The notes under the pieces are model-generated. The model was not told where the DNA came from. It did not search any database and saw nothing but the letters and a program-made list of their open reading frames with translations. A stretch of DNA of 32,000 bases from Bacillus subtilis subsp. subtilis str. 168 (GTDB lineage Bacteria > Bacillota > Bacilli > Bacillales > Bacillaceae): positions 4,050,001 to 4,082,000 of the forward strand of contig NC_000964.3 of NCBI RefSeq assembly GCF_000009045.1. The letters run 5' to 3'. Positions 16,607 through 24,895 of the stretch are shown here, piece by piece. Position 1 is the first letter of the stretch. Every line of letters starts with the position of its first letter. The position numbers and the translations under genes were made by a program.

Positions 16607-17005
16607 TTACTGTTCTTTGCGAATATGTATATCCTGAATAGACTGTTTCGGTGCATGAAATCTGCTCTCGGCTTCACTTCTTGCCTCGGCAAAAGCCCGC
16701 GCCTCCACATGATCTTTGTAGACATCCAGCTGAATCAAATACAGCGGGCGCACTTTAAATCCATGAATAATGGTTACCGCCCATAACGGGACCACAATAA
16801 AAACACCGGGCAGATCGGGCAAAACAAAACCAAACGCAAAAATGAAAAAATAAATGATGCCGTACATGATCCACTTTCTATTTCTAACCTTGATGCCAAT
16901 AAATAAAAAGGCAAAAAAACTGGTAATGGCAAAAGGCATGAAAATAAACAGCATCCACCAGCTATGCAGCCATTCCCAAGCGGCACCTCTTTTTGTAATT
17001 CCCAT
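16607..17005 (-). CDS. yxeC: small membrane protein of unknown function (about 3 TM, charged C-terminal tail)
   Basis: 132 aa. AGGAGGAGAAAAAT lies upstream of ATG 17005. The N-terminus is Trp-rich (AAWEWLHSWW). Confidence 0.85.
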   Translation of the reverse strand: MGITKRGAAWEWLHSWWMLFIFMPFAITSFFAFLFIGIKVRNRKWIMYGIIYFFIFAFGFVLPDLPGVFIVVPLWAVTIIHGFKVRPLYLIQLDVYKDHVEARAFAEARSEAESRFHAPKQSIQDIHIRKEQ

Positions 17006-17113
17006 ATTTTTCTCCTCCTATTTACCTATAATAATCGATTAGGCACACCGCGTCACCCATAAACGGGAAAAACTTTCTCCCTTAAAAATAGTGATAGACG
17101 GAGAACAGGTTTC

Positions 17114-17142
17114 TTGCTATATTATTAATTGATAATGATAAT
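17114..17142 (+). promoter_or_regulatory. sigma-A promoter of yxeB
   Basis: TTGCTA (17114..17119), a 17-nt spacer, then GATAAT (17137..17142). The -10 is embedded in the Fur box. Confidence 0.55.
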
Positions 17143-17150
17143 CATTACTA
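17130..17150 (+). promoter_or_regulatory. Fur box
   Basis: TGATAATGATAATCATTACTA is nearly identical to the classical Fur box GATAATGATAATCATTATC. It contains the 7-1-7 element TGATAATcATTACTA and overlaps the -10. Confidence 0.85.
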
Positions 17151-17182
17151 ATCTATTGAGATACATAGTGGGAGGGTTCTTG

Positions 17183-18148
17183 ATGAAAAAGAACATATTG
17201 CTCGTGGGCATGCTTGTGCTGCTTCTCATGTTTGTCAGCGCTTGCAGCGGCACGGCTTCTAAAGGGAGCTCAAGCGATTCTGCTTCCGAAAAAACAGAAA
17301 TGAGAACATACAAATCACCAAAAGGGAACGTCAACATTCCTGCACATCCGAAACGCATCGTCACTGATTTTTATGCCGGTGAATTGCTGTCTGTCGGGGC
17401 CAATGTGGTCGGCTCAGGCTCATGGTCATTTGATAATCCGTTTTTAAAATCAAAGCTGAAAAATGTGAAGGATGTTGGTGATCCAATAAGCGTTGAAAAA
17501 GTGATGGAGCTTCAGCCTGACTTAATTGTTGTCATGAATGAAGAGAATGTTGATAAATTAAAGAAAATCGCTCCGACTGTTGTCATACCTTATAACACAG
17601 CGAAAAACGTAGAAGACACAGTCAGCATGTTCGGAGATATCGCCGGAGCGAAAGACCAAGCAAAATCCTTTATGGCTGACTTTAACAAAAAAGCGGAAGC
17701 AGCTAAGAAGAAAATTGCCGGCGTCATCGACAAAGATGCAACCTTCGGCATTTATGAAAACACAGACAAGGGCGAATTCTGGGTGTTCAATGACAATGGC
17801 GGACGCGGCGGCCAAGCTGTATACAATGCACTTGGGTTAAAAGCGCCTGAAAAAATTGAGCAAGATGTCATCAAAAAAGGAGAGATGAAACAGCTCTCTC
17901 AAGAGGTTATTCCTGAGTATGCCGCAGATTATATGTTCATTACGGATTACAACCCGAAAGGCGAAAGCAAAACACTCGACAAGCTGGAGAATTCCTCCAT
18001 TTGGAAAAATCTTGACGCTGTTAAACATAATCGCGTGTTTATCAATGACTTTGACTCGTTCTACCCGTACGACCCGATTTCTGTCAGCAAACAGGTGGAT
18101 ATCATCACCGACATGCTGATCAAACGGGCCGAAGAAAATAAAAAATAA
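17183..18148 (+). CDS. yxeB: hydroxamate-siderophore-binding lipoprotein (FhuD-like, cluster A SBP)
   Basis: Track ORF 17129..18148 trimmed to ATG 17183 (MKKNILLVGMLVLLLMFVSACSG...), which has GGAGGG 6 nt upstream. Lipobox VSAC. Result is 321 aa. Confidence 0.93.
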   Translation: MKKNILLVGMLVLLLMFVSACSGTASKGSSSDSASEKTEMRTYKSPKGNVNIPAHPKRIVTDFYAGELLSVGANVVGSGSWSFDNPFLKSKLKNVKDVGDPISVEKVMELQPDLIVVMNEENVDKLKKIAPTVVIPYNTAKNVEDTVSMFGDIAGAKDQAKSFMADFNKKAEAAKKKIAGVIDKDATFGIYENTDKGEFWVFNDNGGRGGQAVYNALGLKAPEKIEQDVIKKGEMKQLSQEVIPEYAADYMFITDYNPKGESKTLDKLENSSIWKNLDAVKHNRVFINDFDSFYPYDPISVSKQVDIITDMLIKRAEENKK

Positions 18149-18183
18149 AAAAACGGCACAGTCATGACGCTGTGCCGTTTTTT
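18147..18183. terminator. bidirectional rho-independent terminator shared by convergent yxeB and yxeA
   Basis: ACGGCACAG-tcatgacg-CTGTGCCGT forms a 9-bp stem (18153..18178), flanked by AAAAAAA and TTTTTT. Confidence 0.9.
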
Positions 18184-18188
18184 ATGAT

Positions 18189-18536
18189 TCACTTTAATTT
18201 TGACTGTACGGAGTCCGGCATATCTTCAAACTTGACTTCTTCCCAAGTCTCGACATACTTTCCTTTCGCCTTCACCTTCAAATACGCGTTCTTCCGAAGC
18301 TCTTTGCCGGCGAAAAAGGTCACTTCTTCTTTTTTCCCGGATGCATTATATCCGTCTAATGTATATTCAGTACCGCCCGGACTAAGATGTCTGCCATCTC
18401 GATCAATCTGAACATAGACATCTTGCTGGTGAATAAACGGATTAAATCTGTCTGTAACATCGTTATGAAAAAAGAGAAGCCCGCATATTACGGCAGCAGC
18501 CGCCAAGACGGCCAGGATTGCCATTGCTTTTTTCAT
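18189..18536 (-). CDS. yxeA: small secreted/membrane-anchored protein, YxeA (DUF1093) family
   Basis: 115 aa with an N-terminal hydrophobic signal/anchor (AILAVLAAAAVICGLLFF). AAGGGGAGTGC lies upstream of ATG 18536. The gap to the yxdM stop is only 13 nt. Confidence 0.88.
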   Translation of the reverse strand: MKKAMAILAVLAAAAVICGLLFFHNDVTDRFNPFIHQQDVYVQIDRDGRHLSPGGTEYTLDGYNASGKKEEVTFFAGKELRKNAYLKVKAKGKYVETWEEVKFEDMPDSVQSKLK

Positions 18537-18549
18537 CTTTGCACTCCCC

Positions 18550-20418
18550 TTACTTGTTCATTTTTTTCAAATAGCTTGACCGCACCGCGAGGAAGAATAG
18601 AAGCTGAAAAATGAAAAACCCTCCGATGGTGAGACTGAGCGGCCCCGCTACATCGGAATATCCTTCCACAGCCAATGTTCTCAAGGCAAACAGTGTATGC
18701 ATGACGGCAATGACAAATGGAAAGAAGAAAAGAATCGCCAATTGTATTGTCACGCTTTGCGCCATTTCTCGCTCACTCAGGCCGATTTTGGCCAGTGAAC
18801 GGTAGCGCTCCCGGTCTTCATCTAAATCAGTGAACAGCCTGAAATATAAGAAACTTGCTGCCGCGACAAAGAATACAATTGCGATAAACAGGCCGATAAA
18901 TAGACTCAGGCTCGGCAGCTGCACCGTATCATAGTAAGTCCCCGCTTTTGAAGCAAAATCAGAATGCACGTCGATATAATTGCCGTAAATCTCATTTTGC
19001 AAGGATTGGCTGATCTCAAGACTGTCTTTCCAATGATCATAGCTGTAGCCGTATAATGACGCTTTATCACCGAGTGATTTCAGCTGATCAAAGGTTTGAT
19101 CATTCACCGCGATGATAGCATTCAATGAGATCAGCGGTTTTTTGACTTCTTTTACCGACAGTTTTTGATCAGACAGCTCCCCTTTTTGGTTCAGCAGCTT
19201 CAGCTGATCCGGCGCTTCGTTTTTGAAATTGCGGTCATACGTTCCCGGGAAATAGACAGCCTCGTCTTCTTTCAGGCCGTTCACTTTGACATGGAAGTAT
19301 TTTGCCGCATCCGATTCACTGATCATGTAAACAGGGGGAACAGTTTCTCCTTCCTGATAGCGAACATAGGAAACATCTATTTTGTCTTTCGTATACGTAA
19401 AACCGTGTGTTTTCAGTTCATGGTCAATATCTTTCAAATGAGTCTGTTCTTTTGGATTGTTGCTGTAAGATAAATACTCCATTTCATAAGCGGACTCTTC
19501 CGCTCCGACGGTCGATTTGTACATTGCGAGCACGCCTGTCGCAGTAAACGCAACCGCGGAAATAATGCTGACAATAAAGAACAGGCGGGCGTTGTCTTTT
19601 AGACGATAGACAAGGTCAGAAACCCAAATGATGTTTTTCCCGCGCAGATAAAAGGTTTTCCACTTCTTCAGCGCGCGCAGAATCCATATGCTGCTTTGGC
19701 TGAAAAAGAAATATGTTCCGATAACGGTGAGCAGTAAAATGATAAACGGTTCGGCCCCGTGGACATTGCCTTTAAGAACCATGCCGTACCCGCCGCACAG
19801 ACAGGCGATGCCGAATAAGGACAGAAGCACGGACGGCTTAGGCTCCGGTTTAACCTTGCCAGTGCCCTTTATTAATTTGATAACCGTATTTGATCTGACA
19901 AAAAGGATCGTAAACTGCGATAAAAAGAAAAATAAGAGCAGAAATCCGCAGGCCGTAATACCGAGCGCTTTCCAAGGCATATACAAAGGCAGCGCGTCCA
20001 TTTCTAAAATATAAGCGCCGACCGTAAAGAACGTCTTTGAAAAAATGAATCCTCCGATAATACCGGCTGCAATTGACATGACGCCGATGATCATATTTTC
20101 CGCAGTAATGAGCTTTCTCAGCTGCCCCGGCGTGATGCCCTGCATGAGCAGAATGCCGAATTCTTTATTTCTCGATTTCAAAAATGCATTAACCGAATAC
20201 AGAACAAATAAGAAAGAAAAAACAAAGATCATCCATTCCGCGGCGGTTAAGCCTTTTTTGGCGATGTTATTCAGGTAGCCTTCCTTTAATGCCGGATGAA
20301 ACAGGAACATCGCAAAGGTAAAGAAAATCAAAACGGAAAAGGCGCTGCTTAAAAAGAATGCAAGATAGGCCCTTTTGTTTCTCGTGACGTTTTTATAAGC
20401 GAACTGAAGAAAGGTCAT
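18550..20418 (-). CDS. yxdM: BceB-type ABC transporter permease (FtsX-like domains, 10 TM, large extracellular domain)
   Basis: Track ORF 18550..20499 trimmed to ATG 20418 (MTFLQFAYKNVTRNKRAY...), which has GGGGGGAAA upstream. Result is 622 aa. A hydrophilic block of about 200 aa (YKSTVGAEES...TVQLPS) lies between late TM helices, as in BceB. The start overlaps the yxdL 3' end by 26 nt. Confidence 0.92.
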   Translation of the reverse strand: MTFLQFAYKNVTRNKRAYLAFFLSSAFSVLIFFTFAMFLFHPALKEGYLNNIAKKGLTAAEWMIFVFSFLFVLYSVNAFLKSRNKEFGILLMQGITPGQLRKLITAENMIIGVMSIAAGIIGGFIFSKTFFTVGAYILEMDALPLYMPWKALGITACGFLLLFFFLSQFTILFVRSNTVIKLIKGTGKVKPEPKPSVLLSLFGIACLCGGYGMVLKGNVHGAEPFIILLLTVIGTYFFFSQSSIWILRALKKWKTFYLRGKNIIWVSDLVYRLKDNARLFFIVSIISAVAFTATGVLAMYKSTVGAEESAYEMEYLSYSNNPKEQTHLKDIDHELKTHGFTYTKDKIDVSYVRYQEGETVPPVYMISESDAAKYFHVKVNGLKEDEAVYFPGTYDRNFKNEAPDQLKLLNQKGELSDQKLSVKEVKKPLISLNAIIAVNDQTFDQLKSLGDKASLYGYSYDHWKDSLEISQSLQNEIYGNYIDVHSDFASKAGTYYDTVQLPSLSLFIGLFIAIVFFVAAASFLYFRLFTDLDEDRERYRSLAKIGLSEREMAQSVTIQLAILFFFPFVIAVMHTLFALRTLAVEGYSDVAGPLSLTIGGFFIFQLLFFLAVRSSYLKKMNK

Positions 20419-21166
20419 TTGCGTTTCCCCCCAGCATAGACAGCACATCGAGAATTTGTTCATAAAATACTTGGCGGTTTTCCCCGCGGTAAATCTCATT
20501 AAACAGTTCGCCGTCTTTTATAAAGATGACGCGGCGGCAGTAGCTTGCCGAAACCGGATCGTGGGTCACCATCAAAGCCGTGACATGATCATCCCGATTC
20601 AGGCTCTGCAACGTTTCCATGACGTCTTTTGTCGCTTTGGAATCAAGGTTTCCAGTTGGTTCATCGGCCAGAATGAGTGACGGCTTATGAATGACCGCTC
20701 TTGCGATGGCGGCCCGCTGGCGCTGGCCTCCGGATACTTCAAACGTCCGCTTGTTAAGCAGGTTTTCGATACCGAGCTTTGCCGCGATGCCGTGCAGTTT
20801 TTCTTCCATTACAGACGGCGCTTCTTTTTCAAGCGTTAACGGCAGCATGATATTTTCACCGATCGTCAGCGTATCCAGAAGGTTGAAATCCTGAAACACA
20901 AATCCGAGCTGCTTGCGGCGGAAATGAGCGAGCTTTGTCCGCTTCAGGCGATGCGGGTTTTCTCCGTTAATCAGGATATCGCCTGAATCTGGACGGTCAA
21001 TCGTTGAAATGATATTCAAAAGCGTTGTTTTTCCGGACCCGGACGGCCCCATCACCGCCGTGAACTCGCCTTCTTCTATTGAAAATGAAATTTGCTTTAA
21101 GGCCTGATAGGACACTTGTCCTTTATAGGTTTTATTTATATGTTTGACTTCAAGCATATTCGCCAT
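20393..21166 (-). CDS. yxdL: BceA-type ABC transporter ATP-binding protein
   Basis: Track ORF 20393..21214 trimmed to ATG 21166 (MANMLEVKHINKTYKG...), which has AAGGAGGATTTTC upstream. Walker A GPSGSGKTT, signature VSGGQRQR, Walker B LILADEPTGNLD. Result is 257 aa. Confidence 0.93.
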   Translation of the reverse strand: MANMLEVKHINKTYKGQVSYQALKQISFSIEEGEFTAVMGPSGSGKTTLLNIISTIDRPDSGDILINGENPHRLKRTKLAHFRRKQLGFVFQDFNLLDTLTIGENIMLPLTLEKEAPSVMEEKLHGIAAKLGIENLLNKRTFEVSGGQRQRAAIARAVIHKPSLILADEPTGNLDSKATKDVMETLQSLNRDDHVTALMVTHDPVSASYCRRVIFIKDGELFNEIYRGENRQVFYEQILDVLSMLGGNANDLSSVRL

Positions 21167-21234
21167 GAAAATCCTCCTTATGGTTTTATTCTTGTTGATC
21201 TGGGCTGCTTTCATGTAGTGCCGGGACGTTCAAC

Positions 21235-21273
21235 ATAAAAATCCCCTTGACATAAATCCATGTTATCAAGGGG
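21235..21273 (-). terminator. rho-independent terminator after yxdK
   Basis: Minus strand reads CCCCUUGA-N15-UCAAGGGG followed by AUUUUUAU. The hairpin begins 36 nt after the yxdK stop. Confidence 0.6.
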
Positions 21274-21308
21274 AAACAAAGCGGGCTATGTTGTTTTCTT
21301 AACGCAGC

Positions 21309-21324
21309 CTTACATTTTTGTAAG
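21309..21324 (-). promoter_or_regulatory. candidate YxdJ (BceR-type response regulator) binding site
   Basis: Perfect palindrome CTTACA-TTTT-TGTAAG. It fits the TNACA-N4-TGTAA motif I recall for BceR-like regulators. It overlaps the yxdK stop codon and lies about 145 nt upstream of the yxdL ATG. Confidence 0.55.
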
Positions 21325-22287
21325 AAATGAAAATCGAACTGATGTCCCTTCACCGGGAGACGAGCTGATGTCCACCGTATGATTGAGCTTATCTGTAATT
21401 TCTTTGACGAGATGGAGGCCGATTCCCGTAGATTCTTGGAAACGCCGCCCGTTTTCACCCGTGTAATAAGGGTCAAACACCCGCTTGATGTCTTGTGAGG
21501 GAATCCCGACACCGTAATCTTTGACTTCAAGCACCGTCCTGTCTTCATCGCAGAAGACATTCAGCTCAAGTCTGTCACTCTTGCCCGCTGAATACTTGAC
21601 CGCATTTGTGACCACTTGGCCAATCGCAAATTTGAGCCATTTGGCATCGGTGTAAATCTGATGATCATCGCAAACGTTCATTTTCGGATAAACGCGATAT
21701 TGAATAAAAAATCGTTTATAGCTTTGAATAACTGATTGGAGAAGCTCGGACAGGGAAACCGCTTCGATTTTAAAATCCCGTTCAAACAGGTCGAGCCTTG
21801 AAGAATAAAGAAGCGTCTCCAGCCCGAATTCAATCTGCCGGACTTCTTTTTTGATTTGTTCAAAAACGGGCTCATCCTCTTCTTGAATGATTAAATTAAT
21901 GACCGACAGCGGCGTCTTTACTTGGTGCACCCATTGATTCATATACGTCACCCGCGCGTCAAGCTTGGCTTCGGTCTCATGGAGCTTCTGGTGCTGCAGC
22001 CGGATCAGCTCCATCTGCTTTTCATACAGCTCTGAACAGAACACTGAAGAACCGAGATACGGGATATCCGTCCCTTCCTGCCCCGAGCTGAGCCAATGAT
22101 ACACGCCGCGGTCTTTGTACCAGCGATAGGCAAGATAGCCCGCCAAAATAAGAAGCTGCACGCCCAATATGTAAAACAAGTGAGAAAAAGAATGAAGACC
22201 CGCAAACCAGTAATAAAAGAAGACAAACAGCCCTTGAAGGAGAAAAAGCAGAATCAGCACTGCATGAGACCGGAGAAACAGCTTCAT
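21310..22287 (-). CDS. yxdK: intramembrane-sensing histidine kinase (BceS type)
   Basis: 325 aa. Two N-terminal TM helices are joined by a loop of only about 7 residues, so there is no extracellular sensor domain. H-box HQVKTPLS and G-box TGIGLHLV. Start/stop ATGA overlap with yxdJ (22287..22284). Confidence 0.93.
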   Translation of the reverse strand: MKLFLRSHAVLILLFLLQGLFVFFYYWFAGLHSFSHLFYILGVQLLILAGYLAYRWYKDRGVYHWLSSGQEGTDIPYLGSSVFCSELYEKQMELIRLQHQKLHETEAKLDARVTYMNQWVHQVKTPLSVINLIIQEEDEPVFEQIKKEVRQIEFGLETLLYSSRLDLFERDFKIEAVSLSELLQSVIQSYKRFFIQYRVYPKMNVCDDHQIYTDAKWLKFAIGQVVTNAVKYSAGKSDRLELNVFCDEDRTVLEVKDYGVGIPSQDIKRVFDPYYTGENGRRFQESTGIGLHLVKEITDKLNHTVDISSSPGEGTSVRFSFLTKM

Positions 22288-22973
22288 GACTGCGCCCTCA
22301 GCTGGTAGCCTTCGCCCCGCACCGCTTCAATAGAAACAGGCGCATTCAGCTCCCGCAGTTTTTTTCTGAGCCGCGTGATATACACGTTAAGTGTATTATC
22401 ATCGATGAATATGTCGGTGTCCCACGTCTTTTCCATGAGACGGTCCCGACTCGTCACCTTTTCTCCCCGCTCAAGCAGCACTTCCAAAAGCTTGCTTTCT
22501 TTTTTAGAAAGCTCACTTTTTTCATCCTGAAAACGCAGTTCAAACCGTTCCACAAAGAGCTGAACGCCGGCATATTCAACCACTTTCTCTCCCTGCTTTG
22601 CGGCGTACTCCCCGTACGCCCTCCGGATCTGGCTTTTGATTTTCGCAAGCACAATATCATAAGAAAACGGTTTTTCGATATAATCGTCTCCCCCATTTTC
22701 AATCGCCATCACCTGATCCATTTCCCCGCTTCTGGCAGAAATAAAGATGATCGGGCTTGTGGAGTGCTGGCGGATCTGCCGGCACCAATAATATCCGTCA
22801 TATGCCGGCAAATTGATATCAAGCAGCACCACATCGGGCTTTTCCCGCAAAAAGACATCAAGAACAGCTGTAAAATCCGCGGCGACCACTGTTTGATATC
22901 CGTATTTTTCAAGGTAATTCTGCAATAGTCCGCGAATGTCTTCACTGTCTTCCACAATCATGATTTTATTCAA
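22284..22973 (-). CDS. yxdJ: OmpR-family response regulator (BceR type)
   Basis: 229 aa with a TTG start at 22973 and GGGAGTGG upstream. Receiver domain (VVLLDINLP) plus winged-helix output domain (...VRGEGYQL). Confidence 0.93.
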   Translation of the reverse strand: MNKIMIVEDSEDIRGLLQNYLEKYGYQTVVAADFTAVLDVFLREKPDVVLLDINLPAYDGYYWCRQIRQHSTSPIIFISARSGEMDQVMAIENGGDDYIEKPFSYDIVLAKIKSQIRRAYGEYAAKQGEKVVEYAGVQLFVERFELRFQDEKSELSKKESKLLEVLLERGEKVTSRDRLMEKTWDTDIFIDDNTLNVYITRLRKKLRELNAPVSIEAVRGEGYQLRAQS

Positions 22974-23008
22974 ACTGAACCACTCCCGTTTCTTACACTG
23001 CTGCCATC

Positions 23009-23038
23009 ATCATAATCGTTTTGGGCGTATGGACGCAA
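23009..23038 (-). promoter_or_regulatory. candidate sigma-A promoter of yxdJK
   Basis: Minus strand reads TTGCGT (23038..23033), an 18-nt spacer, then TATGAT (23014..23009). Called by eye only. Confidence 0.3.
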
Positions 23039-23046
23039 CACCGCAC

Positions 23047-23071
23047 AAAAAAACCGCCATCTCGGCGGTTT
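23047..23071 (-). terminator. rho-independent terminator at the end of the iol operon
   Basis: Minus strand reads AAACCGCC-gagau-GGCGGUUU followed by UUUUGUG. The hairpin starts about 10 nt after the iolJ stop. Confidence 0.85.
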
Positions 23072-23080
23072 CTGGTCTCT

Positions 23081-23953
23081 TTAGCCGACCTGCTGCTTAG
23101 CTGCTTTACCGGCTGATCCGAACTCTCTCATTTTGCTTCGCACTGTCTCTTCCACGGCTTCAATGCCGGGTGTCAAATAGCCGCGCGGTTCGTACAGATC
23201 GCTGTTTTCCTGAAACATGCGGCGTGTTTCGTCTGTCCACGCTACCATACATTCCGTATTGATATTGATCTTCGCGTGGCCGAGCGTGATGGCTTTTTTG
23301 ATCTGATCCTGCGGAATCCCGGATGCCCCGTGAAGAACGAGGGGAATATCAGTCATGCGGGAGATAGCCTCCATTTCCTTAAATCCGAGATTCGGCTCAC
23401 CCTGATATTTGCCGTGTACAGAGCCGAGGGCGGCGGCCAGCGCGTCGATATTGGTTTCTTTAACGATCCGCTCACATTCCGTGATATCCGCATAGCGGAC
23501 CCCGCCGACCAGTCCGTCTTCCATTCCGCCGACCGTGCCGACTTCGGCTTCTACTGACACGCCGTGTTTTGCGGCATAATCGGTGACTTCTTTTGTCATC
23601 GCGATATTCTCGTCAATCGGCTGATGGGAGCCGTCAATCATCACTGAGCTGAATCCGGCATCAATGGCCTGTCTGCAGCGTTCCGCACTGCTGCCGTGAT
23701 CGAGATGAAGCACGACCGGAACGGTAATCGCCATGTCCTCTATTAACGCGCCGACCATGGCGGCAATCGTTTTAAATCCGCCTAAATAGTCGACCAGGCG
23801 ATCGGAAGCCGCGGCGATGACCGGTGATTGCTCCTTTTGCGCCGCCTGCAAAATCGCCTTCGTCCATTGCAGGCCGTTGATATTAAACTGGCCAATTGCA
23901 TATTGCTCCCGCTTTGCATCTTCAAGAAGCTCTTTCATCGATACAAAAGCCAT
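23081..23953 (-). CDS. iolJ: class II aldolase: 2-deoxy-5-keto-D-gluconate-6-phosphate aldolase
   Basis: Track ORF 23081..23974 trimmed to ATG 23953 (MAFVSMKELLEDAK...), which has AAAGGAGGGGTGAAT upstream. Result is 290 aa. LHLDHG zinc-site motif of FbaA-type aldolases. Confidence 0.95.
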   Translation of the reverse strand: MAFVSMKELLEDAKREQYAIGQFNINGLQWTKAILQAAQKEQSPVIAAASDRLVDYLGGFKTIAAMVGALIEDMAITVPVVLHLDHGSSAERCRQAIDAGFSSVMIDGSHQPIDENIAMTKEVTDYAAKHGVSVEAEVGTVGGMEDGLVGGVRYADITECERIVKETNIDALAAALGSVHGKYQGEPNLGFKEMEAISRMTDIPLVLHGASGIPQDQIKKAITLGHAKININTECMVAWTDETRRMFQENSDLYEPRGYLTPGIEAVEETVRSKMREFGSAGKAAKQQVG

Positions 23954-23973
23954 ATTCACCCCTCCTTTATCCA

Positions 23974-24810
23974 TTACATGCTGAAGTATTTTGATACGAC
24001 ATCCACTGTTGTTTTTTTCGCTGTTTGAATGGCTTCCTCAGCAGTCAGCTTATAGTATTCAGGCCGGAAGAGCTCAACCGAAACAACATCAGAGAAGCCG
24101 ATTTCCTTCAGTGCTGATAAGTGGGCATCTAAGTCAATTGCCCCTTGTCCCGGCCATACACGATCCTCATCTGTTAAAAAGCCGATTGGGAAATCTTCTG
24201 TATCATCAATATGATAGATGAAGATTTTCTTTCCGTCCGCCTGCTTTAAGCTCTCAATATTTGAACCCATTGCATGGAAGTGAAAACTGTCAAGGACAAG
24301 CCCGACATTGTCACGGTTAACTGTGTTTACAATCTCATACGCCTGTTCAAACGTATTGACCGTACATTGCGGATGGCCGACAAACTCAAGCGCGATTTTT
24401 ACGCCGTACGGCTCCGCGATATCTGACAGCTCAGTCAGCACGTCTACACTGCTCTTTTTGATCTCTTCTTTTACAATCTTCTGCTCTGTCACAAGCGGAA
24501 CGGCCACCACATATTTCACACCGAGGGTTTTGCATGTTTCCATCATGCCTTTAAATTCAGTGATGATCTCGTTGTGACCCTTTTCATCACGGTTGTTGAA
24601 GAAAACGAGTGCGTTTAAGGCAAGCGGTTTGATGTGGTGGGTTTGAAAATATTCCGCAAGGTCATCCAATGAATGATCTTTTAAGTACTCCGGCAGCTTA
24701 TCCATAGTACGGATTTCAATATAATCATAGCCATGCTTTTCGCATAGTTCTAAATCCAGTTTAAGGTTTGAGTTTTCCAATGTTGTCGCTTCATTAAAAC
24801 AAAGTTTCAT
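23974..24810 (-). CDS. iolI: inosose isomerase (xylose-isomerase-like TIM barrel)
   Basis: Track ORF 23974..24888 trimmed to ATG 24810 (MKLCFNEATTLENS...), which has GGGGGAG 7 nt upstream. Result is 278 aa. Confidence 0.93.
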   Translation of the reverse strand: MKLCFNEATTLENSNLKLDLELCEKHGYDYIEIRTMDKLPEYLKDHSLDDLAEYFQTHHIKPLALNALVFFNNRDEKGHNEIITEFKGMMETCKTLGVKYVVAVPLVTEQKIVKEEIKKSSVDVLTELSDIAEPYGVKIALEFVGHPQCTVNTFEQAYEIVNTVNRDNVGLVLDSFHFHAMGSNIESLKQADGKKIFIYHIDDTEDFPIGFLTDEDRVWPGQGAIDLDAHLSALKEIGFSDVVSVELFRPEYYKLTAEEAIQTAKKTTVDVVSKYFSM

Positions 24811-24895
24811 GCCAGACTCCCCCATCTGCGTTTTAGATATGAAGGGAGTTCGGCAGGAAGGCTGTCGCCATATCCCGCCGAACTCCATGCTCAGC

